A stretch of DNA of 64,000 nucleotides from positions 248,001-312,000 of the forward strand of contig CAXHJY010000898.1 of the NCBI GenBank assembly GCA_964016885.1, written 5' to 3'. The translations under genes were made by a program, and so were the position numbers. Source of the DNA: Eledone cirrhosa (taxonomy: Eukaryota). This document shows positions 37,790-49,939 of this stretch, one piece after another. Position 1 is the stretch's first letter. Every line of letters begins with the position of its first letter. The notes under the pieces were generated by a model that saw nothing but the letters and a program-made list of their open reading frames with translations, was not told the DNA's origin and did not search any database.

Positions 37790-40700
37790 CTTAGCTTAGG
37801 ATAGCTTAGCTTAGGATAGCTTAGGATAGCTTAGCTTAGGATAGCTTAGGATAGCTTAGCTTAGGATAGCTTAGCTTAGCTTAGCTTAGGATAGCTTAGC
37901 TTAGCTTAGGATAGCTTAGCTTAGCTTAGCTTAGGATAGCTTAGCTTAGGATAGCTTAGGAAAGCTTAGCTTAGCTTAGCTTAGGATAGCTTAGCTTAGC
38001 TTAGCTTAGGATAGCTTAGCTTAGCTTAGGATAGCTTAGCTTAGCTTAGCTTAGGATAGCTTAGCTTAGCTTAGTTTAGGATAGCTTAGCTTAGCTTAGC
38101 TTAGGATAGCTTAGCTTGGCTTAGCTTAGGATAGCTTAGCTTAGCTTAGCTTAGGATAGCTTAGCTTAGGATAGCTTAGCTTAGCTTAGCTTAGGATAGC
38201 TTAGCTTAGCTTAGCTTAGGATAGCTTAGCTTAGGATAGCTTAGCTTAGCTTAGCTTAGGATAGCTTAGCATAGCTTAGCTTAGGATAGCTTAGCTTAGC
38301 TTAGCTTAGGATAGCTTAGCTTAGCTTAGCTTAGGATAGCTTAGCTTAGCTTAGCTTAGGATAGCTTAGCTTAGCTTAGCTTAGGATAGCTTAGCTTAGC
38401 TTAGCTTAGGATAGCTTAGCATAGCTTAGCTTAGGATAGCTTAGCTTAGCTTAGCTTAGGATAGCTTAGCTTAGCTTAGGATAGCTTAGCTTAGCTTGGC
38501 TTAGGATAGCTTAGCTTAGCTTGGCTTAGGATAGCTTAGCTTAGCTTAGGATAGCTTAGCTTAGGATAGCTTAGGATAGCTTAGCTTAGCTTAGCTTAGG
38601 ATAGCTTAGCTTAGTTTAGGATAGCTTAGCTTAGCTTAGCTTAGGATAGCTTAGGATAGCTTAGCTTAGGATAGCTTAGGATAGCTTAGCTTAGGATAGC
38701 TTAGGATAGCTTAGCTTAGGATAGCTTAGGATAGCTTAGCTTAGGATAGCTTAGCTTAGGATAGCTTAGGATAGCTTAGCTTAGGATAGCTTAGCTTAGG
38801 ATAGCTTAGGAAAGCTTAGCTTAGCTTAGCTTAGGATAGCTTAGCTTAGCTTAGCTTAGGATAGCTTAGCTTAGCTTAGCTTAGGATAGCTTAGGATAGC
38901 TTAGCTTAGGATAGCTTAGGATAGCTTAGCTTAGGATAGCTTAGCTTAGGATAGCTTAGCTTAGGATAGCTTAGGATAGCTTAGCTTAGGATAGCTTAGG
39001 ATAGCTTAGCTTAGGATAGCTTAGCTTAGGATAGCTTAGGATAGCTTAGCTTAGCTTAGCTTAGGATAGCTTAGCTTAGCTTAGGAGAGCTTAGCTTAGC
39101 TTAGCTTAGCTTAGGATAGCTTAGCTTAGCTTAGGATAGCTTAGGATAGCTTAGCTTAGGATAGCTTAGGATAGCTTAGCTTAGGATAGCTTAGGATAGC
39201 TTAGCTTAGGATAGCTTAGGATAGCTTAGCTTAGGATAGCTTAGCTTAGGATAGCTTAGCTTAGCTTAGCTTAGGATAGCTTAGCTTAGGATAGCTTAGG
39301 ATATCTTAGGTTAGGATAGCTTAGCTTAGGATAGCTTAGGATAGATTAGCTTAGCTTAGCTTAGGATAGCTTAGCTTAGCTTAGCTTAGGATAGCTTAGC
39401 TTAGCTTAGGATAGCTTAGCTTAGCTTAGCTTAGGATAGCTTAGCTTAGCTTAGCTTAGGATAGCTTAGCTTAGCTTAGGATAGCTTAGCTTAGCTTAGC
39501 TTAGGATAGCTTAGCTTAGCTTAGCTTAGGATAGCTTAGCTTAGGATAGCTTAGCTTAGGATAGCTTAGCTTAGGTTAGCTTAGCTTAGCTTAGCTTAGG
39601 ATAGCTTAGGATAGCTTAGCTTAGGATAACTTAGCTTAGCTTAGCTTAGGATAGCTTAGCTTAGCTTAGCTTAGGATAGCTTAGCTTAGCTTAGCTTAGG
39701 ATAGCTTAGCTTAGGATAGCTTAGGATTGCTTAGCTTAGCTTAGCTTAGGATAGCTTAGCTTAGCTTAGCTTAGGATAGCTTAGCTTAGCTTAGGATAGC
39801 TTAGCTTAGCTTAGCTTAGGATAGCTTAGCTTAGCTTAGCTTAGGATAGCTTAGCTTAGCTTAGCTTAGGATAGCTTAGGATAGCTTAGGATAGCTTAGC
39901 TTAGCTTAGCTTAGGAGAGCTTAGCTTAGCTTAGGATAGCTTAGCTTAGCTTAGCTTAGGATAGCTTAGCTTAGCTTAGGATAGCTTAGCTTAGCTTAGC
40001 TTAGGATAGCTTAGCTTAGCTTAGCTTAGGATAGCTTAGCTTAGCTTAGCTTAGGATAGCTTAGCTTAGCTTAGCTTAGGATAGCTTAGCTTAGCTTAGC
40101 TTAGGATAGATTAGCTTAGCTTAGGATAGCTTAGCTTAGCTTAGCTTAGGAAAGCTTAGCTTAGCTTAGGATAGCTTAGCTTAGCTTAGCTTAGGAGAGC
40201 TTAGCTTAGCTTAGCTTAGGATAGCTTAGCTTAGCTTAGCTTAGGATAGCTTAGCTTAGCTTAGGTAGCTTAGCTTAGCTTAGCTTAGGATAGCTTAGCT
40301 TAGCTTAGCTTAGCTTAGGATAGCTTAGCTTAGCTTAGCTTAGGAGAGCTTAGCTTAGCTTAGCTTAGGATAGCTTAGGATAGCTTAGCTTAGGATAGCT
40401 TAGGATAGCTTACCTTAGGAGAGCTTAGCTTAGGATAGCTTAGCTTAGGATAGCTTAGGATAGCTTAGCTTAGGATAGCTTAGCTTAGGATAGCTTAGCT
40501 TAGGATAGCTTAGGATAGCTTAGCTTAGCTTAGCTTAGGATAGCTTAGCTTAGCTTAGCTTAGGATAGCTTAGCTTAGGTTAGCTTAGCTTAGCTTAGCT
40601 TAGCTTAGGATAGCTTAGCTTAGGATAGCTTAGGATAGCTTAGGATAGCTTAGCTTAGGATAGCTTAGCTTAGGATAGCTTAGGATAGCTTAGCTTAGGA

Positions 40701-43700
40701 TAGCTTAGGATAGCTTAGCTTAGGATAGCTTAGCTTAGGATAGCTTAGGATAGCTTAGCTTAGCTTAGCTTAGGATAGCTTAGCTTAGCTTAGCTTAGGA
40801 TAGCTTAGCTTAGCTTAGGATTGCTTAGCTTAGCTTAGCTTAGGATAGCTTAGGATAGCTTAGCTTAGGATAGCTTAGCTTAGGATAGCTTAGGATAGCT
40901 TAGGATAGCTTAGCTTAGCTTAGCTTAGGATAGCTTAGCTTAGCTTAGCTTAGGATAGCTTAGCTTAGCTTAGCTTAGGATAGCTTAGCTTAGCTTAGGA
41001 TAGCTTAGCTTAGCTTAGCTTAGGATAGCTTAGCTTAGCTTAGCTTAGGACAGCTTAGCTTAGCTTAGCTTAGGATAGCTTAGCTTAGCTTAGGATAGCT
41101 TAGCTTAGCTTAGCTTAGGATAGCTTAGCTTAGGATAGCTTAGCTTAGGATAGCTTAGCTTGGGTTAGCTTAGCTTAGCTTAGCTTAGGATAGCTTAGGA
41201 TAGCTTAGCTTAGGATAGCTTAGCTTAGGATAGCTTAGGATAGCTTAGCTTAGGATAGCTTAGGATAGCTTAGCTTAGGATAGCTTAGCTTAGCTTAGCT
41301 TAGGATAGCTTAGCTTAGCTTAGGATAGCTTAGCTTAGCTTAGCTTAGGATAGCTTAGCTTAGGATAGCTTAGGAAAGCTTAGCTTAGCTTAGCTTAGGA
41401 TAGCTTAGCTTAGCTTAGCTTAGGATAGCTTAGCTTAGCTTAGGATAGCTTAGCTTAGCTTAGCTTAGGATAGCTTAGCTTAGCTTAGTTTAGGATAGCT
41501 TAGCTTAGCTTAGCTTAGGATAGCTTAGCTTGGCTTAGCTTAGGATAGCTTAGCTTAGCTTAGCTTAGGATAGCTTAGCTTAGGATAGCTTAGCTTAGCT
41601 TAGCTTAGGATAGCTTAGCTTAGCTTAGCTTAGGATAGCTTAGCTTAGGATAGCTTAGCTTAGCTTAGCTTAGGATAGCTTAGCATAGCTTAGCTTAGGA
41701 TAGCTTAGCTTAGCTTAGCTTAGGATAGCTTAGCTTAGCTTAGGATAGCTTAGCTTAGCTTAGCTTAGGATAGCTTAGCTTAGCTTAGCTTAGGATAGCT
41801 TAGCTTAGCTTAGCTTAGGAAAGCTTAGCATAGCTTAGCTTAGGATAGCTTAGCTTAGCTTAGCTTAGGATAGCTTAGCTTAGCTTAGGATAGCTTAGCT
41901 TAGCTTGGCTTAGGGTAGCTTAGCTTAGCTTGGCTTAGGATAGCTTAGCTTAGCTTAGCTTAGGATAGCTTAGCTTAGGATAGCTTAGGATAGCTTAGCT
42001 TAGCTTAGCTTAGGATAGCTTAGCTTAGTTTAGGATAGCTTAGCTTAGCTTAGCTTAGGATAGCTTAGGATAGCTTAGCTTAGGATAGCTTAGGATAGCT
42101 TAGCTTAGGATAGCTTAGGATAGCTTAGCTTAGGATAGCTTAGGATAGCTTAGGTTAGGATAGCTTAGCTTAGGATAGCTTAGGATAGCTTAGCTTAGGA
42201 TAGCTTAGGATAGCTTAGCTTAGGATAGCTTAGGATAGCTTAGCTTAGGATAGCTTAGCTTAGGATAGCTTAGGAAAGCTTAGCTTAGCTTAGCTTAGGA
42301 TAGCTTAGCTTAGCTTAGCTTAGGATAGCTTAGCTTAGCTTAGCTTAGGATAGCTTAGGATAGCTTAGCTTAGGATAGCTTAGGATAGCTTAGCTTAGGA
42401 TAGCTTAGCTTAGGATAGCTTAGCTTAGGATAGCTTAGGATAGCTTAGCTTAGGATAGCTTAGGATAGCTTAGCTTAGGATAGCTTAGCTTAGGATAGCT
42501 TAGGATAGCTTAGCTTAGCTTAGCTTAGGATAGCTTAGCTTAGCTTAGGATAGCTTAGCTTAGCTTAGCTTAGCTTAGGATAGCTTAGCTTAGCTTAGGA
42601 TAGCTTAGGATAGCTTAGCTTAGGATAGCTTAGGATAGCTTAGCTTAGGATAGCTTAGGATAGCTTAGCTTAGGATAGCTTAGGATAGCTTAGCTTAGGA
42701 TAGCTTAGCTTAGGATAGCTTAGCTTAGCTTAGCTTAGGATAGCTTAGCTTAGGATAGCTTAGGATATCTTAGGTTAGGATAGCTTAGCTTAGGATAGCT
42801 TAGGATAGATTAGCTTAGCTTAGCTTAGGATAGCTTAGCTTAGCTTAGCTTAGGATAGCTTAGCTTAGCTTAGGATAGCTTAGCTTAGCTTAGCTTAGGA
42901 TAGCTTAGCTTAGCTTAGCTTAGGATAGCTTAGCTTAGCTTAGGATAGCTTAGCTTAGCTTAGCTTAGGATAGCTTAGCTTAGCTTAGCTTAGGATAGCT
43001 TAGCTTAGCTTAGCTTAGGATAGCTTAGCTTAGGATAGCTTAGCTTAGGATAGCTTAGCTTAGGTTAGCTTAGCTTAGCTTAGCTTAGGATAGCTTAGGA
43101 TAGCTTAGCTTAGGATAACTTAGCTTAGCTTAGCTTAGGATAGCTTAGCTTAGCTTAGCTTAGGATAGCTTAGCTTAGCTTAGCTTAGGATAGCTTAGCT
43201 TAGGATAGCTTAGGATTGCTTAGCTTAGCTTAGCTTAGGATAGCTTAGCTTAGCTTAGCTTAGGATAGCTTAGCTTAGCTTAGGATAGCTTAGCTTAGCT
43301 TAGCTTAGGATAGCTTAGCTTAGCTTAGCTTAGGATAGCTTAGCTTAGCTTAGCTTAGGATAGCTTAGGATAGCTTAGGATAGCTTAGCTTAGCTTAGCT
43401 TAGGATAGCTTAGCTTAGCTTAGGATAGCTTAGCTTAGCTTAGCTTAGGATAGCTTAGCTTAGCTAAAGATAGCTTAGCTTAGCTTAGCTTAGGATAGCT
43501 TAGCTTAGCTTAGCTTAGGATAGCTTAGCTTAGCTTAGCTTAGGATAGCTTAGCTTAGCTTAGCTTAGGATAGCTTAGCTTAGCTTAGCTTAGGATAGAT
43601 TAGCTTAGCTTAGGATAGCTTAGCTTAGCTTAGCTTAGGAAAGCTTAGCTTAGCTTAGGATAGCTTAGCTTAGCTTAGCTTAGGAGAGCTTAGCTTAGCT

Positions 43701-44710
43701 TAGCTTAGGATAGCTTAGCTTAGCTTAGCTTAGGATAGCTTAGCTTAGCTTAGGTAGCTTAGCTTAGCTTAGCTTAGGATAGCTTAGCTTAGCTTAGCTT
43801 AGCTTAGGATAGCTTAGCTTAGCTTAGCTTAGGAGAGCTTAGCTTAGCTTAGCTTAGGATAGCTTAGGATAGCTTAGCTTAGGATAGCTTAGGATAGCTT
43901 ACCTTAGGAGAGCTTAGCTTAGGATAGCTTAGCTTAGGATAGCTTAGGATAGCTTAGCTTAGGATAGCTTAGCTTAGGATAGCTTAGCTTAGGATAGCTT
44001 AGGATAGCTTAGCTTAGCTTAGCTTAGGATAGCTTAGCTTAGCTTAGCTTAGGATAGCTTAGCTTAGGTTAGCTTAGCTTAGCTTAGCTTAGCTTAGGAT
44101 AGCTTAGCTTAGGATAGCTTAGGATAGCTTAGGATAGCTTAGCTTAGGATAGCTTAGCTTAGGATAGCTTAGGATAGCTTAGCTTAGGATAGCTTAGGAT
44201 AGCTTAGCTTAGGATAGCTTAGCTTAGGATAGCTTAGGATAGCTTAGCTTAGCTTAGCTTAGGATAGCTTAGCTTAGCTTAGCTTAGGATAGCTTAGCTT
44301 AGCTTAGGATTGCTTAGCTTAGCTTAGCTTAGGATAGCTTAGGATAGCTTAGCTTAGGATAGCTTAGCTTAGGATAGCTTAGGATAGCTTAGGATAGCTT
44401 AGCTTAGCTTAGCTTAGGATAGCTTAGCTTAGCTTAGCTTAGGATAGCTTAGCTTAGCTTAGCTTAGGATAGCTTAGCTTAGCTTAGGATAGCTTAGCTT
44501 AGCTTAGCTTAGGATAGCTTAGCTTAGCTTAGCTTAGGACAGCTTAGCTTAGCTTAGCTTAGGATAGCTTAGCTTAGCTTAGGATAGCTTAGCTTAGCTT
44601 AGCTTAGGATAGCTTAGCTTAGGATAGCTTAGCTTAGGATAGCTTAGCTTGGGTTAGCTTAGCTTAGCTTAGCTTAGGATAGCTTAGGATAGCTTAGCTT
44701 AGGATAGCTT
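37790..44710 (+). repeat. ~3.41-3.49-kb tandem duplication, same subfamily as the 7.5-15.1 kb and 28.1-31.7 kb blocks
   Basis: GAAAG 37960/41374 (3414), CTTGG 38495/41904 (3409), GATAT 39300/42764 (3464), GTAG 40265/43754 and GACAG 41049/44538 (3489). Confidence 0.82.
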
Positions 44711-46620
44711 AGCTTAGCTTAGCTTAGGATAGCTTAGCTTAGCTTAGTTTAGGATAGCTTAGCTTAGCTTAGCTTAGCTTAGGATAGCTTAGCTTAGCTT
44801 AGCTTAGGATAGCTTAGCTTAGCTTAGGATAGTTTAGCTTAGCTTAGCTTAGGATAGCTTAGCTTAGCTTAGCTTAGGATAGCTTAGCTTAGCTTAGCTT
44901 AGGATAGCTTAGCTTAGCTTAGCTTAGGATAGCTTAGCTTAGCTTAGCTTAGGATAGCTTAGCTTAGCTTAGGATAGCTTAGCTTAGCTTAGCTTAGGAT
45001 AGCTTAGGATAGCTTAGGATAGCTTAGCTTAGCTTAGCTTAGGATAGCTTAGCTTAGCTTAGGATAGCTTAGCTTAGCTTAGCTTAGGATAGCTTAGCTT
45101 AGCTAAAGATAGCTTAGCTTAGCTTAGCTTAGGATAGCTTAGCTTAGCTTAGCTTAGGATAGCTTAGCTTAGCTTAGCTTAGGATAGCTTAGCTTAGCTT
45201 AGCTTAGGATAGCTTAGCTTAGCTTAGCTTAGGATAGATTAGCTTAGCTTAGGATAGCTTAGCTTAGCTTAGCTTAGGAAAGCTTAGCTTAGCTTAGGAT
45301 AGCTTAGCTTAGCTTAGCTTAGGAGAGCTTAGCTTAGCTTAGCTTAGGATAGCTTAGCTTAGCTTAGCTTAGGATAGCTTAGCTTAGCTTAGGTAGCTTA
45401 GCTTAGCTTAGCTTAGGATAGCTTAGCTTAGCTTAGCTTAGCTTAGGATAGCTTAGCTTAGCTTAGCTTAGGAGAGCTTAGCTTAGCTTAGCTTAGGATA
45501 GCTTAGGATAGCTTAGCTTAGGATAGCTTAGGATAGCTTACCTTAGGAGAGCTTAGCTTAGGATAGCTTAGCTTAGGATAGCTTAGGATAGCTTAGCTTA
45601 GGATAGCTTAGCTTAGGATAGCTTAGCTTAGGATAGCTTAGGATAGCTTAGCTTAGCTTAGCTTAGGATAGCTTAGCTTAGCTTAGCTTAGGATAGCTTA
45701 GCTTAGGTTAGCTTAGCTTAGCTTAGCTTAGCTTAGGATAGCTTAGCTTAGGATAGCTTAGGATAGCTTAGGATAGCTTAGCTTAGGATAGCTTAGCTTA
45801 GGATAGCTTAGGATAGCTTAGCTTAGGATAGCTTAGGATAGCTTAGCTTAGGATAGCTTAGCTTAGGATAGCTTAGGATAGCTTAGCTTAGCTTAGCTTA
45901 GGATAGCTTAGCTTAGCTTAGCTTAGGATAGCTTAGCTTAGCTTAGGATTGCTTAGCTTAGCTTAGCTTAGGATAGCTTAGGATAGCTTAGCTTAGGATA
46001 GCTTAGCTTAGGATAGCTTAGGATAGCTTAGGATAGCTTAGCTTAGCTTAGCTTAGGATAGCTTAGCTTAGCTTAGCTTAGGATAGCTTAGCTTAGCTTA
46101 GCTTAGGATAGCTTAGCTTAGCTTAGGATAGCTTAGCTTAGCTTAGCTTAGGATAGCTTAGCTTAGCTTAGCTTAGGACAGCTTAGCTTAGCTTAGCTTA
46201 GGATAGCTTAGCTTAGCTTAGGATAGCTTAGCTTAGCTTAGCTTAGGATAGCTTAGCTTAGGATAGCTTAGCTTAGGATAGCTTAGCTTGGGTTAGCTTA
46301 GCTTAGCTTAGCTTAGGATAGCTTAGGATAGCTTAGCTTAGGATAGCTTAGCTTAGCTTAGCTTAGGATAGCTTAGCTTAGCTTAGTTTAGGATAGCTTA
46401 GCTTAGCTTAGCTTAGCTTAGGATAGCTTAGCTTAGCTTAGCTTAGGATAGCTTAGCTTAGCTTAGGATAGTTTAGCTTAGCTTAGCTTAGGATAGCTTA
46501 GCTTAGCTTAGCTTAGGATAGCTTAGCTTAGCTTAGCTTAGGATAGCTTAGCTTAGCTTAGCTTAGGATAGCTTAGCTTAGCTTAGCTTAGGATAGCTTA
46601 GCTTAGCTTAGGATAGCTTA
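43300..46620 (+). repeat. 1639-bp tandem duplication, with a third copy displaced to ~47.55-49.15 kb
   Basis: CTAAA 43464/45103, GTAG 43754/45393 and GACAG 44538/46177 (all 1639). CTAAA 45103/48427, GTAG 45393/48717 and GACAG 44538/47862 (all 3324). Confidence 0.87.
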
Positions 46621-49600
46621 GCTTAGCTTAGGATAGCTTAGCTTAGCTTAGCTTAGGATAGCTTAGCTTAGCTTAGCTTAGGATAGCTTAGCTTAGGATA
46701 GCTTAGCTTAGCTTAGCTTAGGATAGCTTAGCTTAGCTTAGCTTAGGATAGCTTAGCTTAGCTTAGCTTAGGATAGCTTAGCTTAGCTTAGCTTAGGATA
46801 GCTTAGCTTAGCTTAGCTTAGGATAGCTTAGCTTAGCTTAGCTTAGGATAGCTTAGCTTAGCTTAGCTTAGGATAGCTTAGCTTAGCTTAGCTTAGGATA
46901 GCTTAGCTTAGCTTAGCTTAGGATTGCTTAGCTTAGCTTGGCTTAGGATAGCTTAGCTTAGCTTGGCTTAGGATAGCTTAGCTTAGCTTAGCTTAGGATA
47001 GCTTAGCTTAGCTTAGCTTAGGATAGCTTAGCTTAGCTTAGCTTAGGATAGCTTAGCTTAGCTTAGGATAGCTTAGCTTAGTTTAGGATAGCTTAGCTTA
47101 GCTTAGCTTAGGATAGCTTAGGATAGCTTAGCTTAGGATAGCTTAGGATAGCTTAGCTTAGGATAGCTTAGGATAGCTTAGGTTAGGATAGCTTAGCTTA
47201 GGATAGCTTAGGATAGCTTAGCTTAGGATAGCTTAGGATAGCTTAGCTTAGGATAGCTTAGGATAGCTTAGCTTAGGATAGCTTAGCTTAGGATAGCTTA
47301 GCTTAGGATAGCTTAGGAAAGCTTAGCTTAGCTTAGCTTAGGATAGCTTAGCTTAGCTTAGCTTAGGATAGCTTAGCTTAGCTTAGCTTAGGATAGCTTA
47401 GGATAGCTTAGCTTAGGATAGCTTAGGATAGCTTAGCTTAGGATAGCTTAGCTTAGGATAGCTTAGCTTAGGATAGCTTAGCTTAGGATAGCTTAGGATA
47501 GCTTAGCTTAGGATAGCTTAGGATAGCTTAGCTTAGGATAGCTTAGCTTAGGATAGCTTAGGATAGCTTAGCTTAGCTTAGCTTAGGATAGCTTAGCTTA
47601 GCTTAGCTTAGGATAGCTTAGCTTAGCTTAGGATTGCTTAGCTTAGCTTAGCTTAGGATAGCTTAGGATAGCTTAGCTTAGGATAGCTTAGCTTAGGATA
47701 GCTTAGGATAGCTTAGGATAGCTTAGCTTAGCTTAGCTTAGGATAGCTTAGCTTAGCTTAGCTTAGGATAGCTTAGCTTAGCTTAGCTTAGGATAGCTTA
47801 GCTTAGCTTAGGATAGCTTAGCTTAGCTTAGCTTAGGATAGCTTAGCTTAGCTTAGCTTAGGACAGCTTAGCTTAGCTTAGCTTAGGATAGCTTAGCTTA
47901 GCTTAGGATAGCTTAGCTTAGCTTAGCTTAGGATAGCTTAGCTTAGGATAGCTTAGCTTAGGATAGCTTAGCTTGGGTTAGCTTAGCTTAGCTTAGCTTA
48001 GGATAGCTTAGGATAGCTTAGCTTAGGATAGCTTAGCTTAGCTTAGCTTAGGATAGCTTAGCTTAGCTTAGTTTAGGATAGCTTAGCTTAGCTTAGCTTA
48101 GCTTAGGATAGCTTAGCTTAGCTTAGCTTAGGATAGCTTAGCTTAGCTTAGAATAGTTTAGCTTAGCTTAGCTTAGGATAGCTTAGCTTAGCTTAGCTTA
48201 GGATAGCTTAGCTTAGCTTAGCTTAGGATAGCTTAGCTTAGCTTAGCTTAGGATAGCTTAGCTTAGCTTAGCTTAGGATAGCTTAGCTTAGCTTAGGATA
48301 GCTTAGCTTAGCTTAGCTTAGGATAGCTTAGGATAGCTTAGGATAGCTTAGCTTAGCTTAGCTTAGGATAGCTTAGCTTAGCTTAGGATAGCTTAGCTTA
48401 GCTTAGCTTAGGATAGCTTAGCTTAGCTAAAGATAGCTTAGCTTAGCTTAGCTTAGGATAGCTTAGCTTAGCTTAGCTTAGGATAGCTTAGCTTAGCTTA
48501 GCTTAGGATAGCTTAGCTTAGCTTAGCTTAGGATAGCTTAGCTTAGCTTAGCTTAGGATAGATTAGCTTAGCTTAGGATAGCTTAGCTTAGCTTAGCTTA
48601 GGAAAGCTTAGCTTAGCTTAGGATAGCTTAGCTTAGCTTAGCTTAGGAGAGCTTAGCTTAGCTTAGCTTAGGATAGCTTAGCTTAGCTTAGCTTAGGATA
48701 GCTTAGCTTAGCTTAGGTAGCTTAGCTTAGCTTAGCTTAGGATAGCTTAGCTTAGCTTAGCTTAGCTTAGGATAGCTTAGCTTAGCTTAGCTTAGGAGAG
48801 CTTAGCTTAGCTTAGCTTAGGATAGCTTAGGATAGCTTAGCTTAGGATAGCTTAGGATAGCTTACCTTAGGAGAGCTTAGCTTAGGATAGCTTAGCTTAG
48901 GATAGCTTAGGATAGCTTAGCTTAGGATAGCTTAGCTTAGGATAGCTTAGCTTAGGATAGCTTAGGATAGCTTAGCTTAGCTTAGCTTAGGATAGCTTAG
49001 CTTAGCTTAGCTTAGGATAGCTTAGCTTAGGTTAGCTTAGCTTAGCTTAGCTTAGCTTAGGATAGCTTAGCTTAGGATAGCTTAGGATAGCTTAGGATAG
49101 CTTAGCTTAGGATAGCTTAGCTTAGGATAGCTTAGGATAGCTTAGCTTAGGATAGCTTAGCTTAGCTTAGCTTAGGATAGCTTAGCTTAGCTTAGCTTAG
49201 GATAGCTTAGCTTAGCTTAGCTTAGGATAGCTTAGCTTAGCTTAGCTTAGGATAGCTTAGCTTAGCTTAGGATAGCTTAGCTTAGCTTAGGATAGCTTAG
49301 CTTAGCTTAGCTTAGGATAGCTTAGCTTAGCTTAGCTTAGGATAGCTTAGCTTAGCTTAGCTTAGGATAGCTTAGCTTAGCTTAGCTTAGGATAGCTTAG
49401 CTTAGCTTAGCTTAGGATAGCTTAGCTTAGCTTAGGATAGCTTAGCTTAGCTTAGGATAGCTTAGCTTAGCTTAGCTTAGGATAGCTTAGCTTAGCTTAG
49501 CTTAGGATAGCTTAGCTTAGGATAGCTTAGCTTAGCTTAGCTTAGGATAGCTTAGCTTAGCTTAGCTTAGGATAGCTTAGCTTAGCTTAGCTTAGGATAG

Positions 49601-49939
49601 CTTAGCTTAGCTTAGCTTAGGATAGCTTAGCTTAGCTTAGCTTAGGATAGCTTAGCTTAGCTTAGCTTAGGATAGCTTAGCTTAGCTTAGCTTAGGATAG
49701 CTTAGCTTAGCTTAGCTTAGGATAGCTTAGCTTAGCTTAGCTTAGGATTGCTTAGCTTAGCTTGGCTTAGGATAGCTTAGCTTAGCTTGGCTTAGGATAG
49801 CTTAGCTTAGCTTAGCTTAGGATAGCTTAGCTTAGCTTAGCTTAGGATAGCTTAGCTTAGCTTAGCTTAGGATAGCTTAGCTTAGCTTAGGATAGCTTAG
49901 CTTAGTTTAGGATAGCTTAGCTTAGCTTAGCTTAGGATA